Assembly: GCA_945897885.1 (NCBI GenBank)
Contig: CAMDGU010000007.1
Coordinates: 6,796 to 70,795 of the forward strand
Source of the DNA: Chitinophaga pinensis
GTDB lineage: Bacteria; Bacteroidota; Bacteroidia; NS11-12g; UBA9320
Length of the DNA stretch: 64,000 nucleotides
Direction: 5' to 3'
The notes under the pieces were generated by a model. The model did not search any database and was not told the DNA's origin. It worked only from the letters and a program-made list of their open reading frames with translations. Of the stretch, positions 1-9,407 are shown piece after piece (positions within the stretch are counted from its first letter, which is position 1; every line of letters begins with the position of its first letter). Both the position numbers and the translations under genes were made by a program.

Positions 1-18
1 AATATAAACAATCTATAA

Positions 19-585
19 ATGTTCGGAATAGGATTTACATCCGACAATGATGTAGTGAACGAGATTAAACAAGGCAATGAAAAAGCTCTGGTGACCTTGT
101 ACAAGCAAAATCTAGGAGCTATTAAGAAATTTGTTTTGAATAACAGCGGAACCATTGACGAAGCGCAGGATGTACTGCAGGAAACATTAATTGCCGTTTG
201 GCAAAATATAGCCAAACCTGAATTTTTACTTAATGTAAAACTCAGTACTTATATGTTTTCCATAGCTAAAAATCAGTGGTATAAGCAGTTAAAGAAAAAA
301 ACTCGTTTTAAAGTAGTAGATGTATCAGTTACAGAAAATTTCAGGGCTGATGAAGCCCCAATGTTAATCTATGATACTAAAATTGTGTGTGACTATGTAA
401 ATAAGTTGGACGAAACATGTAAAAGGTTGTTAATGTATTTTTATTTTGAAGGGCTTGATATGAATACCATTGCAGAGCAAATGGGATTTGCAAATTCGGA
501 TACCGTAAAATCTAAAAAATATCAATGCTTTAAAAAACTTGAAAATTCGGTAAAGGAACATTTTGAAAAAGATGATTTTATATAA
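19..585 (+). CDS. RNA polymerase ECF-type sigma-70 factor
   Basis: 188 aa. Region-2-like segment (LVTLYKQNLGAIKKFVLNNSGTIDEAQDVLQETLIAVWQNI) and a region-4 HTH (LDMNTIAEQMGFANSDTVKSKKYQCFKKL). An in-frame TAA lies at 16-18, so the ORF is complete. Confidence 0.75.
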   Translation: MFGIGFTSDNDVVNEIKQGNEKALVTLYKQNLGAIKKFVLNNSGTIDEAQDVLQETLIAVWQNIAKPEFLLNVKLSTYMFSIAKNQWYKQLKKKTRFKVVDVSVTENFRADEAPMLIYDTKIVCDYVNKLDETCKRLLMYFYFEGLDMNTIAEQMGFANSDTVKSKKYQCFKKLENSVKEHFEKDDFI

Positions 586-590
586 CCATA

Positions 591-1574
591 ATGAAAAGCG
601 AGATTGATAAAATTTACTTAATTGACAGATTTTTAAAAGGTGAACTTTCTGGGCTCCCTTTGGATGAATTTAAGAATAAAATGCGAACCGATAAGGAGTT
701 TGCTCAGGAGGTTGAATCTCAAAAAGCCATCATTGAAGGAATTAAAATGGCCAGAAGAGAACAATTGATTTCTATAATAAAAAGCCAAAGAACCCCTGAA
801 ACCAATACTATCCTGTCCAAAGCCAGCAAAATAAAAGAATCGGAAAATACATTTAAAATTCCCCCACCGATTAAAGCTGAACCAGATACAGAAATTAAAG
901 AATTTAAATTAAGACCGAATTATAATAATTGGCACTTTGCTGTTGCTGCGGTTCTTCTTTCCATACTAGGGTTTTATTTTATCTTTGGATATTATATACC
1001 ACATCAAAAACTGGAAGTAGCTTACCAAGACAGTTTAGAAGCACAAAATAATAATTTGGTCAATAATCAAGAAAAAGAATCTGAAACAACTGATAAACCT
1101 TTAAATAATGACGGTATTGAAAAGAATGATAGTTTGAAACAAAATCAACAACTAGTTCAAATTGCCCAAGTCGATAGTTTAAAAATAGAAAAAGACACCA
1201 AAATTTCTGAAACGCTATATTCTGTTGCCGCCTTTGAAACAATTACACCCGATGGGGCAAATACAAACACAAATGTATTAACTGGTGAAACCAATGACGA
1301 TTTAAGGGTAAGTAATGTTAGAAAAGTAAAAGGCACCAGTGTAAAAGTTGAATTTTGGCAGTCAGTTGTTAATTTTAAAGGATACAAACTAAATGGAAAC
1401 AAGCTGCTACTTTTTGACATCAAACGCGATGAAAATGTAAACTTAAAATTCTTAGACAATCAATTATATCTCAAGAAAAACGGCTATTATTATAAATTAA
1501 ATGGTAGCGAAACATTTGAAACTTATAAAAAAGAAACAAATATCGAAATCATTAAAACCTTAGAATCAAATTGA
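591..1574 (+). CDS. anti-sigma-factor-like single-pass membrane protein (hypothetical)
   Basis: 327 aa, 6 nt downstream of the sigma gene. N-terminal soluble segment, one TM helix (WHFAVAAVLLSILGFYFIFGYYI), then a Ser/Asn-rich C-terminal domain. No recognisable enzymatic motif. Confidence 0.45.
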   Translation: MKSEIDKIYLIDRFLKGELSGLPLDEFKNKMRTDKEFAQEVESQKAIIEGIKMARREQLISIIKSQRTPETNTILSKASKIKESENTFKIPPPIKAEPDTEIKEFKLRPNYNNWHFAVAAVLLSILGFYFIFGYYIPHQKLEVAYQDSLEAQNNNLVNNQEKESETTDKPLNNDGIEKNDSLKQNQQLVQIAQVDSLKIEKDTKISETLYSVAAFETITPDGANTNTNVLTGETNDDLRVSNVRKVKGTSVKVEFWQSVVNFKGYKLNGNKLLLFDIKRDENVNLKFLDNQLYLKKNGYYYKLNGSETFETYKKETNIEIIKTLESN

Positions 1575-2386
1575 AAACAAACTTTTGGAAATACCACGGT
1601 ACCGGCAATGACTTTATTCTAATTAATAATTTCGATTTAAAGTTAAATCATTCACCCGAATTAGCTTTGAGACTGTGCGACAGGCATTTTGGGATAGGAA
1701 GCGATGGACTAATAATTATTGAACCCAATAAAAGCACTGATTTCAAGATGATTTTCTATAATCCTGACGGAAGTCAAAGTTTTTGTGGAAACGGGAGTCG
1801 TTGTGCTATTAAGTTTTCAAAGGACCAAGGTATCATTAAATCCAATAAAACAAATTTCAATTCAACTGATGGGATACATTTAGCAGAAATAGCTGAAGAA
1901 ACTATTTATTTACAAATGCATCCTCCAATAATATTACCAGTAATATGTTCTGAAAAAGAACTGCCAATTATAAATAAAGCTCTTATAAACACCGGTTCGC
2001 CGCATCTTGTTTTATTTTTAGATAACAAAATGAATGTTATTGAAGTTGATGTAAAATATCATGGGGCAAAAATCAGATACAACAATACCTTTAAAAAAAC
2101 GGGTATTAATGTGAATTTTGTAGGTATTGATGCTGAAAACAACATTTCAATACGGACTTATGAAAGAGGAGTTGAAGACGAAACTCTTAGTTGTGGCACA
2201 GGCGTTACTGCTGCAGCAATAGCTTATCACTCCTTGTTTAGTAAAAATAACGGTGAACAAACAATTAATGTGAATGCTGTTGGTGGTGAATTACAAGTAA
2301 AATTTGATTTTAAAAATAACGAGTATCAAAATACTCAGCTTTGCGGGCCTGCTCAATTAGTTTATTCCGGTACTATAGAAATTTAA
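1571..2386 (+). CDS. dapF: diaminopimelate epimerase
   Basis: 271 aa. NDFIL motif, active-site Cys motifs FCGNGSRC and SCGTGVTAAA. 4-bp start overlap with the upstream ORF. Confidence 0.85.
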   Translation: MKTNFWKYHGTGNDFILINNFDLKLNHSPELALRLCDRHFGIGSDGLIIIEPNKSTDFKMIFYNPDGSQSFCGNGSRCAIKFSKDQGIIKSNKTNFNSTDGIHLAEIAEETIYLQMHPPIILPVICSEKELPIINKALINTGSPHLVLFLDNKMNVIEVDVKYHGAKIRYNNTFKKTGINVNFVGIDAENNISIRTYERGVEDETLSCGTGVTAAAIAYHSLFSKNNGEQTINVNAVGGELQVKFDFKNNEYQNTQLCGPAQLVYSGTIEI

Positions 2387-3696
2387 GCCTCCAAACTACC
2401 CATGTTTTTTATATGTTTGGTTAAGAGATAATTCATAGCTTCTGCTTTTACAATCATTTCATGATACTCTTGCTCACATTCTGAATCAATAGTAATAGCG
2501 CCACCTGCATAATATGCCAGTTTTTGTATATGAGAATCATAAAAGATGCTTCTAATTAAAACATTAAAATCCATATTACCATTGGGGTCAATATAGCCAA
2601 AACCCCCCGAATACCACTCTCTATTCGACATTTCAAACTTTTCAATCCATTTCATAGAGGCAATTTTAGGTGCTCCTGTCATACTACCCATAGGGAAAGT
2701 TGCCTTAATTGCATCACACCATGTATTATTTTCAGATAATAAAGAACTAACAGTGGAAACTAATTGATGAACATGGCTATAAGAATAAAGTCCAAATAAT
2801 TCCTCCACTTTTACCGAACCTGCTTTAGCTATTCTGGCCATATCATTTCTAACTAAGTCTACAATCATTACATTTTCTGCTCTATCTTTTAGGTTTGATT
2901 CTAAATCCATTTGAAATGTTTCATCTTCAGCTATTGTTTTTCCTCTCGGCCTTGTTCCCTTAATGGGTTGTGAAATAAGCGAAGTATCGTCTTTTTTCAA
3001 ATATCTCTCAGGACTGGCACTTAAAACATATTTATTACCTAATGATAAGTAGCATGAAAATGGGGCCGGAGAAATTTTTATTAACTCCTCATATAGCTGA
3101 TATGGGTTCTTTAATGAAATTTTCTCATATAAAAATCTGGAACAAAAATTTAACTCATAAACATTCCCGTTAATTATTTCGTCCTTGATTTCGAGAATTA
3201 TATCCTTATGACCCTCACTATTAAAATCAGAATTAAGAATGGAACCACAGTTTATGGTATTATCAAACTCCTGAAAAGCTTTAAAATTATTAATTGTATT
3301 AAATATAGTGTCAGAATTTACTCCTAAAATTTTTAGCTCATCATTCCAATTAACCGTAATTACTGTTTCCGGAGAAAAAAAACTAAGATTAGGCCAGCCA
3401 AAACAATTAGTATTGTCAGAAGATAATTTCTCTATTTCATTTTTTAAATTGTATCCAAGTACCCCAAAAATCCAAGATTTATTTTTTTCCCATACCGAAT
3501 ATAGAGAATCAATCTGGTTTACTTCAGAAACTTTAAGCTTTTTACCCGAATACCCAATAACAAGTTTGTAATTTCCCTTATCAAGTTGTGGTTTAATTTC
3601 ACAACTATCTAAAATTGCGCAAGGTTGAAATTGCGAAGCATACGATTTTGCCTTAGCAGCAAAGTCTTTATAATTATTTAAATAGATTGAATCCAA
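2383..3696 (-). CDS. pabB: aminodeoxychorismate synthase component I-like chorismate-binding enzyme
   Basis: 437 aa. C-terminal chorismate-binding signature PMGSMTGAPKIASMKWIEKFE and YSGGFGY...YYAGGAITIDS. Length fits PabB better than TrpE. Confidence 0.6.
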   Translation of the reverse strand: MDSIYLNNYKDFAAKAKSYASQFQPCAILDSCEIKPQLDKGNYKLVIGYSGKKLKVSEVNQIDSLYSVWEKNKSWIFGVLGYNLKNEIEKLSSDNTNCFGWPNLSFFSPETVITVNWNDELKILGVNSDTIFNTINNFKAFQEFDNTINCGSILNSDFNSEGHKDIILEIKDEIINGNVYELNFCSRFLYEKISLKNPYQLYEELIKISPAPFSCYLSLGNKYVLSASPERYLKKDDTSLISQPIKGTRPRGKTIAEDETFQMDLESNLKDRAENVMIVDLVRNDMARIAKAGSVKVEELFGLYSYSHVHQLVSTVSSLLSENNTWCDAIKATFPMGSMTGAPKIASMKWIEKFEMSNREWYSGGFGYIDPNGNMDFNVLIRSIFYDSHIQKLAYYAGGAITIDSECEQEYHEMIVKAEAMNYLLTKHIKNMGSLEA

Positions 3697-3747
3697 AACT
3701 AAAAGTGGAAATCTATTATAAAAAAAGAAATAATACTATTGGGTAAT

Positions 3748-4647
3748 TTACCAAACCGGAACCTTGTAATGACCATTGGCCGAAAAACCGACAAATACAT
3801 TCATCACCATTTCTTTGTCCTCTTTATAAGTTACACCATACCATTGATCGGTCGAAGTCATAACTTTTAGCTTTACTTCGCCACTGTTTATAAGCTCGTC
3901 TACAATAATCGGAATAAAAAATTCAGCTTTGGGGTCAGTGCTTTTCTCGGCCAAAAACCCATTGAAACTATCCTTAAGTTTTGGGAAAATGGAATTATCA
4001 AACCCCCAAAAATTCATTGAAACGACAGAATTTTCAGGTAATTCAAATTTTTCATCCCCATCTATGTAAAAGATACCATCTTCCTCACGCTTAATTTTCG
4101 TCCTTTCTTTAATTTCTTTCAACAAACCATCCTCTGTTTGACAAACACCGCGACTAACATATCCATTTTCTGAAAGGCTTTTATCTAAAGAATATCCAAC
4201 CATACCGTAACTTGATGGTGAAACCTCTGTAGTTAAAAAATTATAAATCTGTTTAAACGCGTCTTTTCCATAATAATCATCTGCATTAATTACGGCAAAA
4301 GGTTCTTTAACTACCGATTCACAAACTAATATAGCATGACCGGTTCCCCATGGCTTTTCACGCAAAGGTACTTCCATAATTAATCCATCTATCTTGGTAT
4401 CAAATTCTTGAAAAACATGGCATACTTCTACCCTATCTGCAATTTTATTACTTATCTTTTCTTTAAACTCTTGTTCAAAGTTCTTTCTAATAACAAAAAC
4501 AATTTTTTTAAACCCGGCTTCTAACGCGTCATATAAGGAGTAATCGATAATGGTTTCGCCAGAAGGGCCTAACTGATCAAGTTGTTTTAAGCCACCATAA
4601 CGGCTTCCCATTCCTGCGGCTAATATTACTAATGAAGGATTTGTCAT
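3748..4647 (-). CDS. sugar-phosphate nucleotidyltransferase (NTP-transferase family)
   Basis: 299 aa. N-terminal LAAGMGSRYGGLKQ pyrophosphorylase motif. Confidence 0.5.
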   Translation of the reverse strand: MTNPSLVILAAGMGSRYGGLKQLDQLGPSGETIIDYSLYDALEAGFKKIVFVIRKNFEQEFKEKISNKIADRVEVCHVFQEFDTKIDGLIMEVPLREKPWGTGHAILVCESVVKEPFAVINADDYYGKDAFKQIYNFLTTEVSPSSYGMVGYSLDKSLSENGYVSRGVCQTEDGLLKEIKERTKIKREEDGIFYIDGDEKFELPENSVVSMNFWGFDNSIFPKLKDSFNGFLAEKSTDPKAEFFIPIIVDELINSGEVKLKVMTSTDQWYGVTYKEDKEMVMNVFVGFSANGHYKVPVW

Positions 4648-4874
4648 CTTTTAAATAATCCGCGAGTTAACACTTTTTTAATCAAATCTGCAATAAATGT
4701 ATGTTTTAAAATTGTTAAGACACTATTATTAACGACTAATCGTTAAGTCCATAGACTTTATTTATACAAATTCTTTGTTTTAAGCTACCAAAGTTAAACT
4801 TGAAATTTTACTATTATTGCAGTACTTTTTTTTAAAAAACAGTTACACATATATTTAAACACTTTAAATCTTAT

Positions 4875-6281
4875 ATGAAATTAGTTAAAACTCTTTTTAG
4901 CATTTGCTTACTAACAGCCGTATCCAACACCTTTGGCCAAACTACTGGTAAAGTTCAGGCCGCTGTATATTTTGAATCCGCAAAATTTGATTTAAGCGAT
5001 TCGTCAAAAATTTACCTAAAAGCTTTTGCTGACTCATTAAAAATTAAAGCCAAACTTCAATTTTCTGTTTCCGGCAACACAGATGCTGTGGGAGATAGTA
5101 TTTTCAATGTTAGATTATCCGAAAATAGAAGTCGTGAGGTTAGAAGATATTTTATTGAAAATGGAATTGATTCTAACAAAATAAAAATAGGATACAACGG
5201 TGAGAACAAACCATTGGCTGATAATGAATCGGAAACAGGCAAACAAAAAAATCGCCGTGTAGATATTGCTGCCAAATGGGAAATACCCAAACCACCCGAA
5301 CCTAAAGGAGATGTGAGAGAATTAATAGCCTTATTGGCCAATCCTGTTTCAAGGTTTTGTGTATCAGGTAATCGCGATACAGTTCTTTTTTCTGAAAGGG
5401 GAACCAAACTTGTGATTTTAGCTCGTGCCTTTGGCGATGAAAAAGTATGCAAAGAAGAGTGTATTGCCATTGAATTTAAAGATGCTTTAACAAAAGCCGA
5501 TATGATTTTTGATAATTTAACCACCCTATCAAATGGTAAATTATTAGAAAGTGGCGGAATGGCCTACATAAATGCGAAGTGTGGCAAGAAAAATTTAAGA
5601 CTAAAAACACCAAACTCTATGTTTTTAGTTTTCCCTACCGATACATTTAAGGAAGACATGAAGGTATTTATGGGCCAAAGAAATTCTGAAATAGATGCCA
5701 TAAACTGGAATCAATCAAAAAAAGATAAAGTTTGGACTGCTGATGAAGATTTTCATAATCAATTACACGACCAACTATTGGCCGAGGCCATGAAGAACCG
5801 TAAAAAAGGTTGTCTTGGAATTGGTGGAATGAGTAAAAAGAAAATTGAAGAACGAGTAAAAGCAAGAGGTGATGAACTTCATGCCCAAATGAACGAGGAA
5901 ATTGCCAGCAAAATTTTTGATAACGATCTCAATTATATTGTTTCTGTAAGCAAAATGGGCTGGGTTAATTGCGATAGATTTATGAACCAAAATCCAAAAG
6001 AATATTTGGTAAACACCCCCGCCAATTCAACTACAACCTCGTTTATGGCTCTTAACTCTAGTCGTTCATTGGTTAACGGATTTCCGAAGGATAAAAAATT
6101 CCAGTTTACCGTTCCTGCCGGCTTGGCTTATAAATTTGTTGGGATTAAATATGAAGATAAAAAACCTTCCCTTGCTACCATGGAAGGTAACACTAGCGAC
6201 CCATCCAATCCTGTTGTTTATAAATCGTTTGACTCTATTGCTGATTTGAAAGAAGCCATTAAAGCTTATTTTTCTAAATAA
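4875..6281 (+). CDS. OmpA-like-domain secreted protein (hypothetical)
   Basis: 468 aa. Signal peptide. OmpA-like peptidoglycan-binding signature near the N-terminus (FSVSGNTDAVGDSIFNVRLSENRSREVRRYFIENGI...RRVDIA), followed by a ~300-aa unknown domain. Confidence 0.55.
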   Translation: MKLVKTLFSICLLTAVSNTFGQTTGKVQAAVYFESAKFDLSDSSKIYLKAFADSLKIKAKLQFSVSGNTDAVGDSIFNVRLSENRSREVRRYFIENGIDSNKIKIGYNGENKPLADNESETGKQKNRRVDIAAKWEIPKPPEPKGDVRELIALLANPVSRFCVSGNRDTVLFSERGTKLVILARAFGDEKVCKEECIAIEFKDALTKADMIFDNLTTLSNGKLLESGGMAYINAKCGKKNLRLKTPNSMFLVFPTDTFKEDMKVFMGQRNSEIDAINWNQSKKDKVWTADEDFHNQLHDQLLAEAMKNRKKGCLGIGGMSKKKIEERVKARGDELHAQMNEEIASKIFDNDLNYIVSVSKMGWVNCDRFMNQNPKEYLVNTPANSTTTSFMALNSSRSLVNGFPKDKKFQFTVPAGLAYKFVGIKYEDKKPSLATMEGNTSDPSNPVVYKSFDSIADLKEAIKAYFSK

Positions 6282-6294
6282 ATAAAACTATTCA

Positions 6295-6330
6295 ACCTGA
6301 CAGATTTTAAAAATCTGTCAGGTTTTTTAT
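6295..6330. terminator. bidirectional intrinsic terminator between convergent genes
   Basis: cctgacagatttt-aaaa-atctgtcagg hairpin, flanked by an A-run on one side and a T-run on the other. Lies between the stops at 6281 (+) and 6332 (-). Confidence 0.6.
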
Positions 6331-6331
6331 T

Positions 6332-7015
6332 TTACAACAAATACTCTTTTTCCAAAATCTCCATGCCGATTGTTGCCTTTTCTTTTATATGTACCACATT
6401 TTTACCAAATTTATAATCAGGAATATTTGGATCTATATAGTAAATTGGAATAGTTGAGCTGGCATAATTAAGCAATGATGCCGCAGGATAAACAACCATT
6501 GATGTTCCTATAATTAACAAAATATCCGCTTGCAACGTAATTTCCATAGCCCTTTCCATTTCAGGCACCTCCTCGCCAAACCATACAATATGGGGCCTTA
6601 ATTGTGAACCTTTTTCACACGAATCTCCTAAATTTAGTTCTGTTCCTTCAATGTTATAGACTATATAAGGTCTCATAGTACTTCTACTTTTTGTTAATTC
6701 GCCATGAAGATGGACAATATTTTCTGAACCAGCTCTTTCATGCAAATCATCAACATTTTGAGTAATTATAGTAACATCATACTTTTTTTGAAGCTTTGCT
6801 AAAGCAAAATGAGCTGAATTGGGTAGTGCATCAATTAAATTTCTTCGCCTTTGATTATAAAAATCCAAAACCAACTCCCTATTTTTTACCCAACCCTGCC
6901 AACTGGCTACTTCCATTATATCATATCCCTCCCATAATCCACCGGCATCGCGAAACGTTTTTATACCACTTTCAGCACTGATGCCTGCCCCTGTTAATAC
7001 TACTAATTTTTTCAT
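6332..7015 (-). CDS. cobB: NAD-dependent protein deacylase, Sir2 family (CobB-type)
   Basis: 227 aa. GAGISAESGIKTFRDAGGLWE, QNVDDLHERAG and the catalytic His in VHLHGEL, colinear with CobB. Only one Cys in the whole protein. Confidence 0.8.
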   Translation of the reverse strand: MKKLVVLTGAGISAESGIKTFRDAGGLWEGYDIMEVASWQGWVKNRELVLDFYNQRRRNLIDALPNSAHFALAKLQKKYDVTIITQNVDDLHERAGSENIVHLHGELTKSRSTMRPYIVYNIEGTELNLGDSCEKGSQLRPHIVWFGEEVPEMERAMEITLQADILLIIGTSMVVYPAASLLNYASSTIPIYYIDPNIPDYKFGKNVVHIKEKATIGMEILEKEYLL

Positions 7016-7180
7016 TTTTGAAATTAGGATTTACGAAGTTAGGATTATTCAATAACTCTAGTTTCTGATAATATATCTTGTCTCAAAGATTTTTTTCAAA
7101 CCCAAGTTGAATACTAATTTTCTTAACATCTTCCATTCTTAATAAAATAACTTCGAAATTGAGGCTATTTTCGCAGAATC

Positions 7181-8518
7181 ATGAGCGGGTATGGAAGTCA
7201 AAAGGACAGGATAAGAAAACTATTAATTACAGGTTGGCCTATTATTGCCGGGCAAGTTGGGTTGGTATTGATGGGTGTGGCAGATACTATTATGGTAGGC
7301 AAAATTGGATACATTTCCCTTGCTGCTGCCGGACTTTCAGTTAGTATATTTTTCTTGATTTCAATTTTTGGCATTGGCTTAATTACCGCCACCGCTTCCT
7401 TGGTTTCGAGCGAAAGAGCCAGAGGAAATGACAAATCCTTACCTTTTTTTTTAAGGGATTCCATCGTCATTGGTCTTATCACAGCATTGATTCTTTTTTT
7501 AGTAATGATAGGAATTATAGGATTGCTGCCTTATTTGGATCAAAAACATGAAGTAGTAGCCGAAGCCAAACCTTTTCTATTTTTACTGGCACTGTCCATT
7601 TTTCCAATGAATTTATATATGTCGGGCAAAAACTTATGCGACGGCTATTTTTTAACTTTATCACCCATGATAATAACCTTTGGAGCTTTAGTGCTTAATA
7701 TTTTTTTAAACTGGTTATTTATTTATGGGCATTGGGGCATTGAACCCATGGGCCTTATTGGCGCCGGTTGGGCCACACTTATTGCAAGAGTAGCTATGGC
7801 TTTGGCAATTTTATGGTTTATTTTCAAATCTAAAACCATTGGGTATTCTACAAAATCCGTTTTCAATCTTGACTTTAAAACCAATTACATAAATCCTATT
7901 TTAAAATTAGGTGTTCCTTCTGGCTTTCAATATTTTTTTGAAGTTGCCGCATTTTCGGGAGCCGCTATTTTGGCCGGAGTTCTTGGTGCCATTCCGCAAG
8001 CTGCGCACCAAATAGCTATCAATGTAGCCAGTTTCACTTTCATGTTTGCGGTAGGTATTGCCGTTTCGGGCAGTATTTATGTGGCCGAAAATTATGCGCA
8101 TAATGATATGAAAGGTGCAAGAAAATATGGTCTTTCAGCTATGTGGTTGGTTGTTGCAGTTGAATTAGTTTTTGCATTATTGCTCGTTATTTTTCATCAA
8201 ATAATACCGCATTGGTACAGCAATGAAAAAGAAGTTTTAATTATAGCTTCCCGATTGATTTTAATTGCTTCAGTTTTTCAGGTGGTTGATGGAATTCAGG
8301 CTGTAAGTCTTGGTTTATTAAGAGGGTTGCATGACACAAAATTCCCCTCATTGTTAACGTTTGTGGCCTATTGGCTTATCGGAATTCCATTATCATGGTA
8401 TTTAGGAAAATATACCTCTTGGGGCATTTACGGTATTTGGTGGGCTTTAACTTTTAGTTTAATTTTCATTTCTATAACCACAGCCTGGAGATTTAGAGTT
8501 AAAACAAAAGCAATTTAA
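7181..8518 (+). CDS. MATE family efflux transporter
   Basis: 445 aa, about 12 TM helices. N-terminal GWPIIAGQVGLVLMGVADTIMVGKIG and later VPSGFQYFFEVAAFSGAAILAG, both typical of MATE/NorM. Confidence 0.8.
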   Translation: MSGYGSQKDRIRKLLITGWPIIAGQVGLVLMGVADTIMVGKIGYISLAAAGLSVSIFFLISIFGIGLITATASLVSSERARGNDKSLPFFLRDSIVIGLITALILFLVMIGIIGLLPYLDQKHEVVAEAKPFLFLLALSIFPMNLYMSGKNLCDGYFLTLSPMIITFGALVLNIFLNWLFIYGHWGIEPMGLIGAGWATLIARVAMALAILWFIFKSKTIGYSTKSVFNLDFKTNYINPILKLGVPSGFQYFFEVAAFSGAAILAGVLGAIPQAAHQIAINVASFTFMFAVGIAVSGSIYVAENYAHNDMKGARKYGLSAMWLVVAVELVFALLLVIFHQIIPHWYSNEKEVLIIASRLILIASVFQVVDGIQAVSLGLLRGLHDTKFPSLLTFVAYWLIGIPLSWYLGKYTSWGIYGIWWALTFSLIFISITTAWRFRVKTKAI

Positions 8519-8522
8519 TTTT

Positions 8523-8583
8523 GTCATTCCGACGAAAGGAGATGTCTATTATAAAAAGGAGATGTCTCGTACCTCGACATGAC
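8523..8583. repeat. family-2 imperfect hairpin repeat (divergent copy)
   Basis: gtcattccgacgaaaggagatgtct...ggagatgtctcgtacctcgacatgac. Related to the GTCATTCCGAGGCACGAGGAATC elements at 20.6, 21.1, 27.7 and 29.8 kb. Confidence 0.5.
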
Positions 8584-8633
8584 GAAAAACAAAACAGCAA
8601 TTCAACAAAAATTTATAACTTGCTCCATAATTT

Positions 8634-9377
8634 ATGATGTCAAAAATTTTTATAACCCTTTTCTTGTTGGTTACCTCATTTTTGTCTTTTGGCCAAAAAT
8701 ATATTAAACCCTACGTTGGAATAAATTTTAGTGGTAGAATATTGACATCCGATAATACAACTCGGAAAGATTCATTAGATAATGCTGACAAAATAAAACC
8801 TTTTGCTTCCGGTGGTATTCAGTTTTTGTTTGAGAAAACCCAAGGCCGTGAATTTTATTTTGGAATAGGTTATCATGATAATGGTTTTGTTCGCGAACGG
8901 TTAGATTATAAGTTTTTAGATAGCGTGTATGATTTGGGAAAAATATTTGACCAATCGCAAGCAGCACAAAAAAACGGTTATTTTACCCATCATTTTAAAT
9001 ATTTAGAAATGCCATTGGGTTTTAATTTTCAAGTAACACCGCGTCGTAATATGAACATGTATACAGGCTGGTTTAATATTGGACTTACCCCGCAAATACT
9101 TTTAAAGCAAAACCTTAACATTTTTTTACAAGGTTTTAGCATGCAAGATGAGACCCGTTTTAATCTGAGCAACACCAACTATAAAGCTCAAAAAATAAAT
9201 ATGGTATTTCAAACCGGAGGCCGATTTGATGTAAATGTAAAAGGAAAATTTTGGGTAACCACGGATGCCTTGTTAAGAATGCAATTGCTGCACACTGCCG
9301 AAAACTCTAATGAAAAACTTAGGCTATGGAATCTTACGGCCAATTTAGGGATACGATACGAAATTGGAGATTTTTAA
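8634..9377 (+). CDS. hypothetical outer-membrane beta-barrel-like protein
   Basis: 247 aa. Signal peptide, alternating hydrophobic pattern, and a C-terminus ending IRYEIGDF (aromatic terminal residue typical of OM barrels). Confidence 0.4.
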   Translation: MMSKIFITLFLLVTSFLSFGQKYIKPYVGINFSGRILTSDNTTRKDSLDNADKIKPFASGGIQFLFEKTQGREFYFGIGYHDNGFVRERLDYKFLDSVYDLGKIFDQSQAAQKNGYFTHHFKYLEMPLGFNFQVTPRRNMNMYTGWFNIGLTPQILLKQNLNIFLQGFSMQDETRFNLSNTNYKAQKINMVFQTGGRFDVNVKGKFWVTTDALLRMQLLHTAENSNEKLRLWNLTANLGIRYEIGDF

Positions 9378-9407
9378 GTTAGCCTTTTGCCGATTCCAAA
9401 TTCCTAA

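Noticed and set aside
2383-2386. TTAA where the dapF and pabB stop codons overlap on opposite strands
   Set aside because: This is a trivial convergent stop-codon overlap and has no evident regulatory meaning.
7159-7482. ORFs 7159..7344 (+) and 7198..7482 (-) at the MATE start
   Set aside because: They overlap the MATE transporter N-terminus in other frames or on the other strand, and they are Cys/Arg-rich nonsense.
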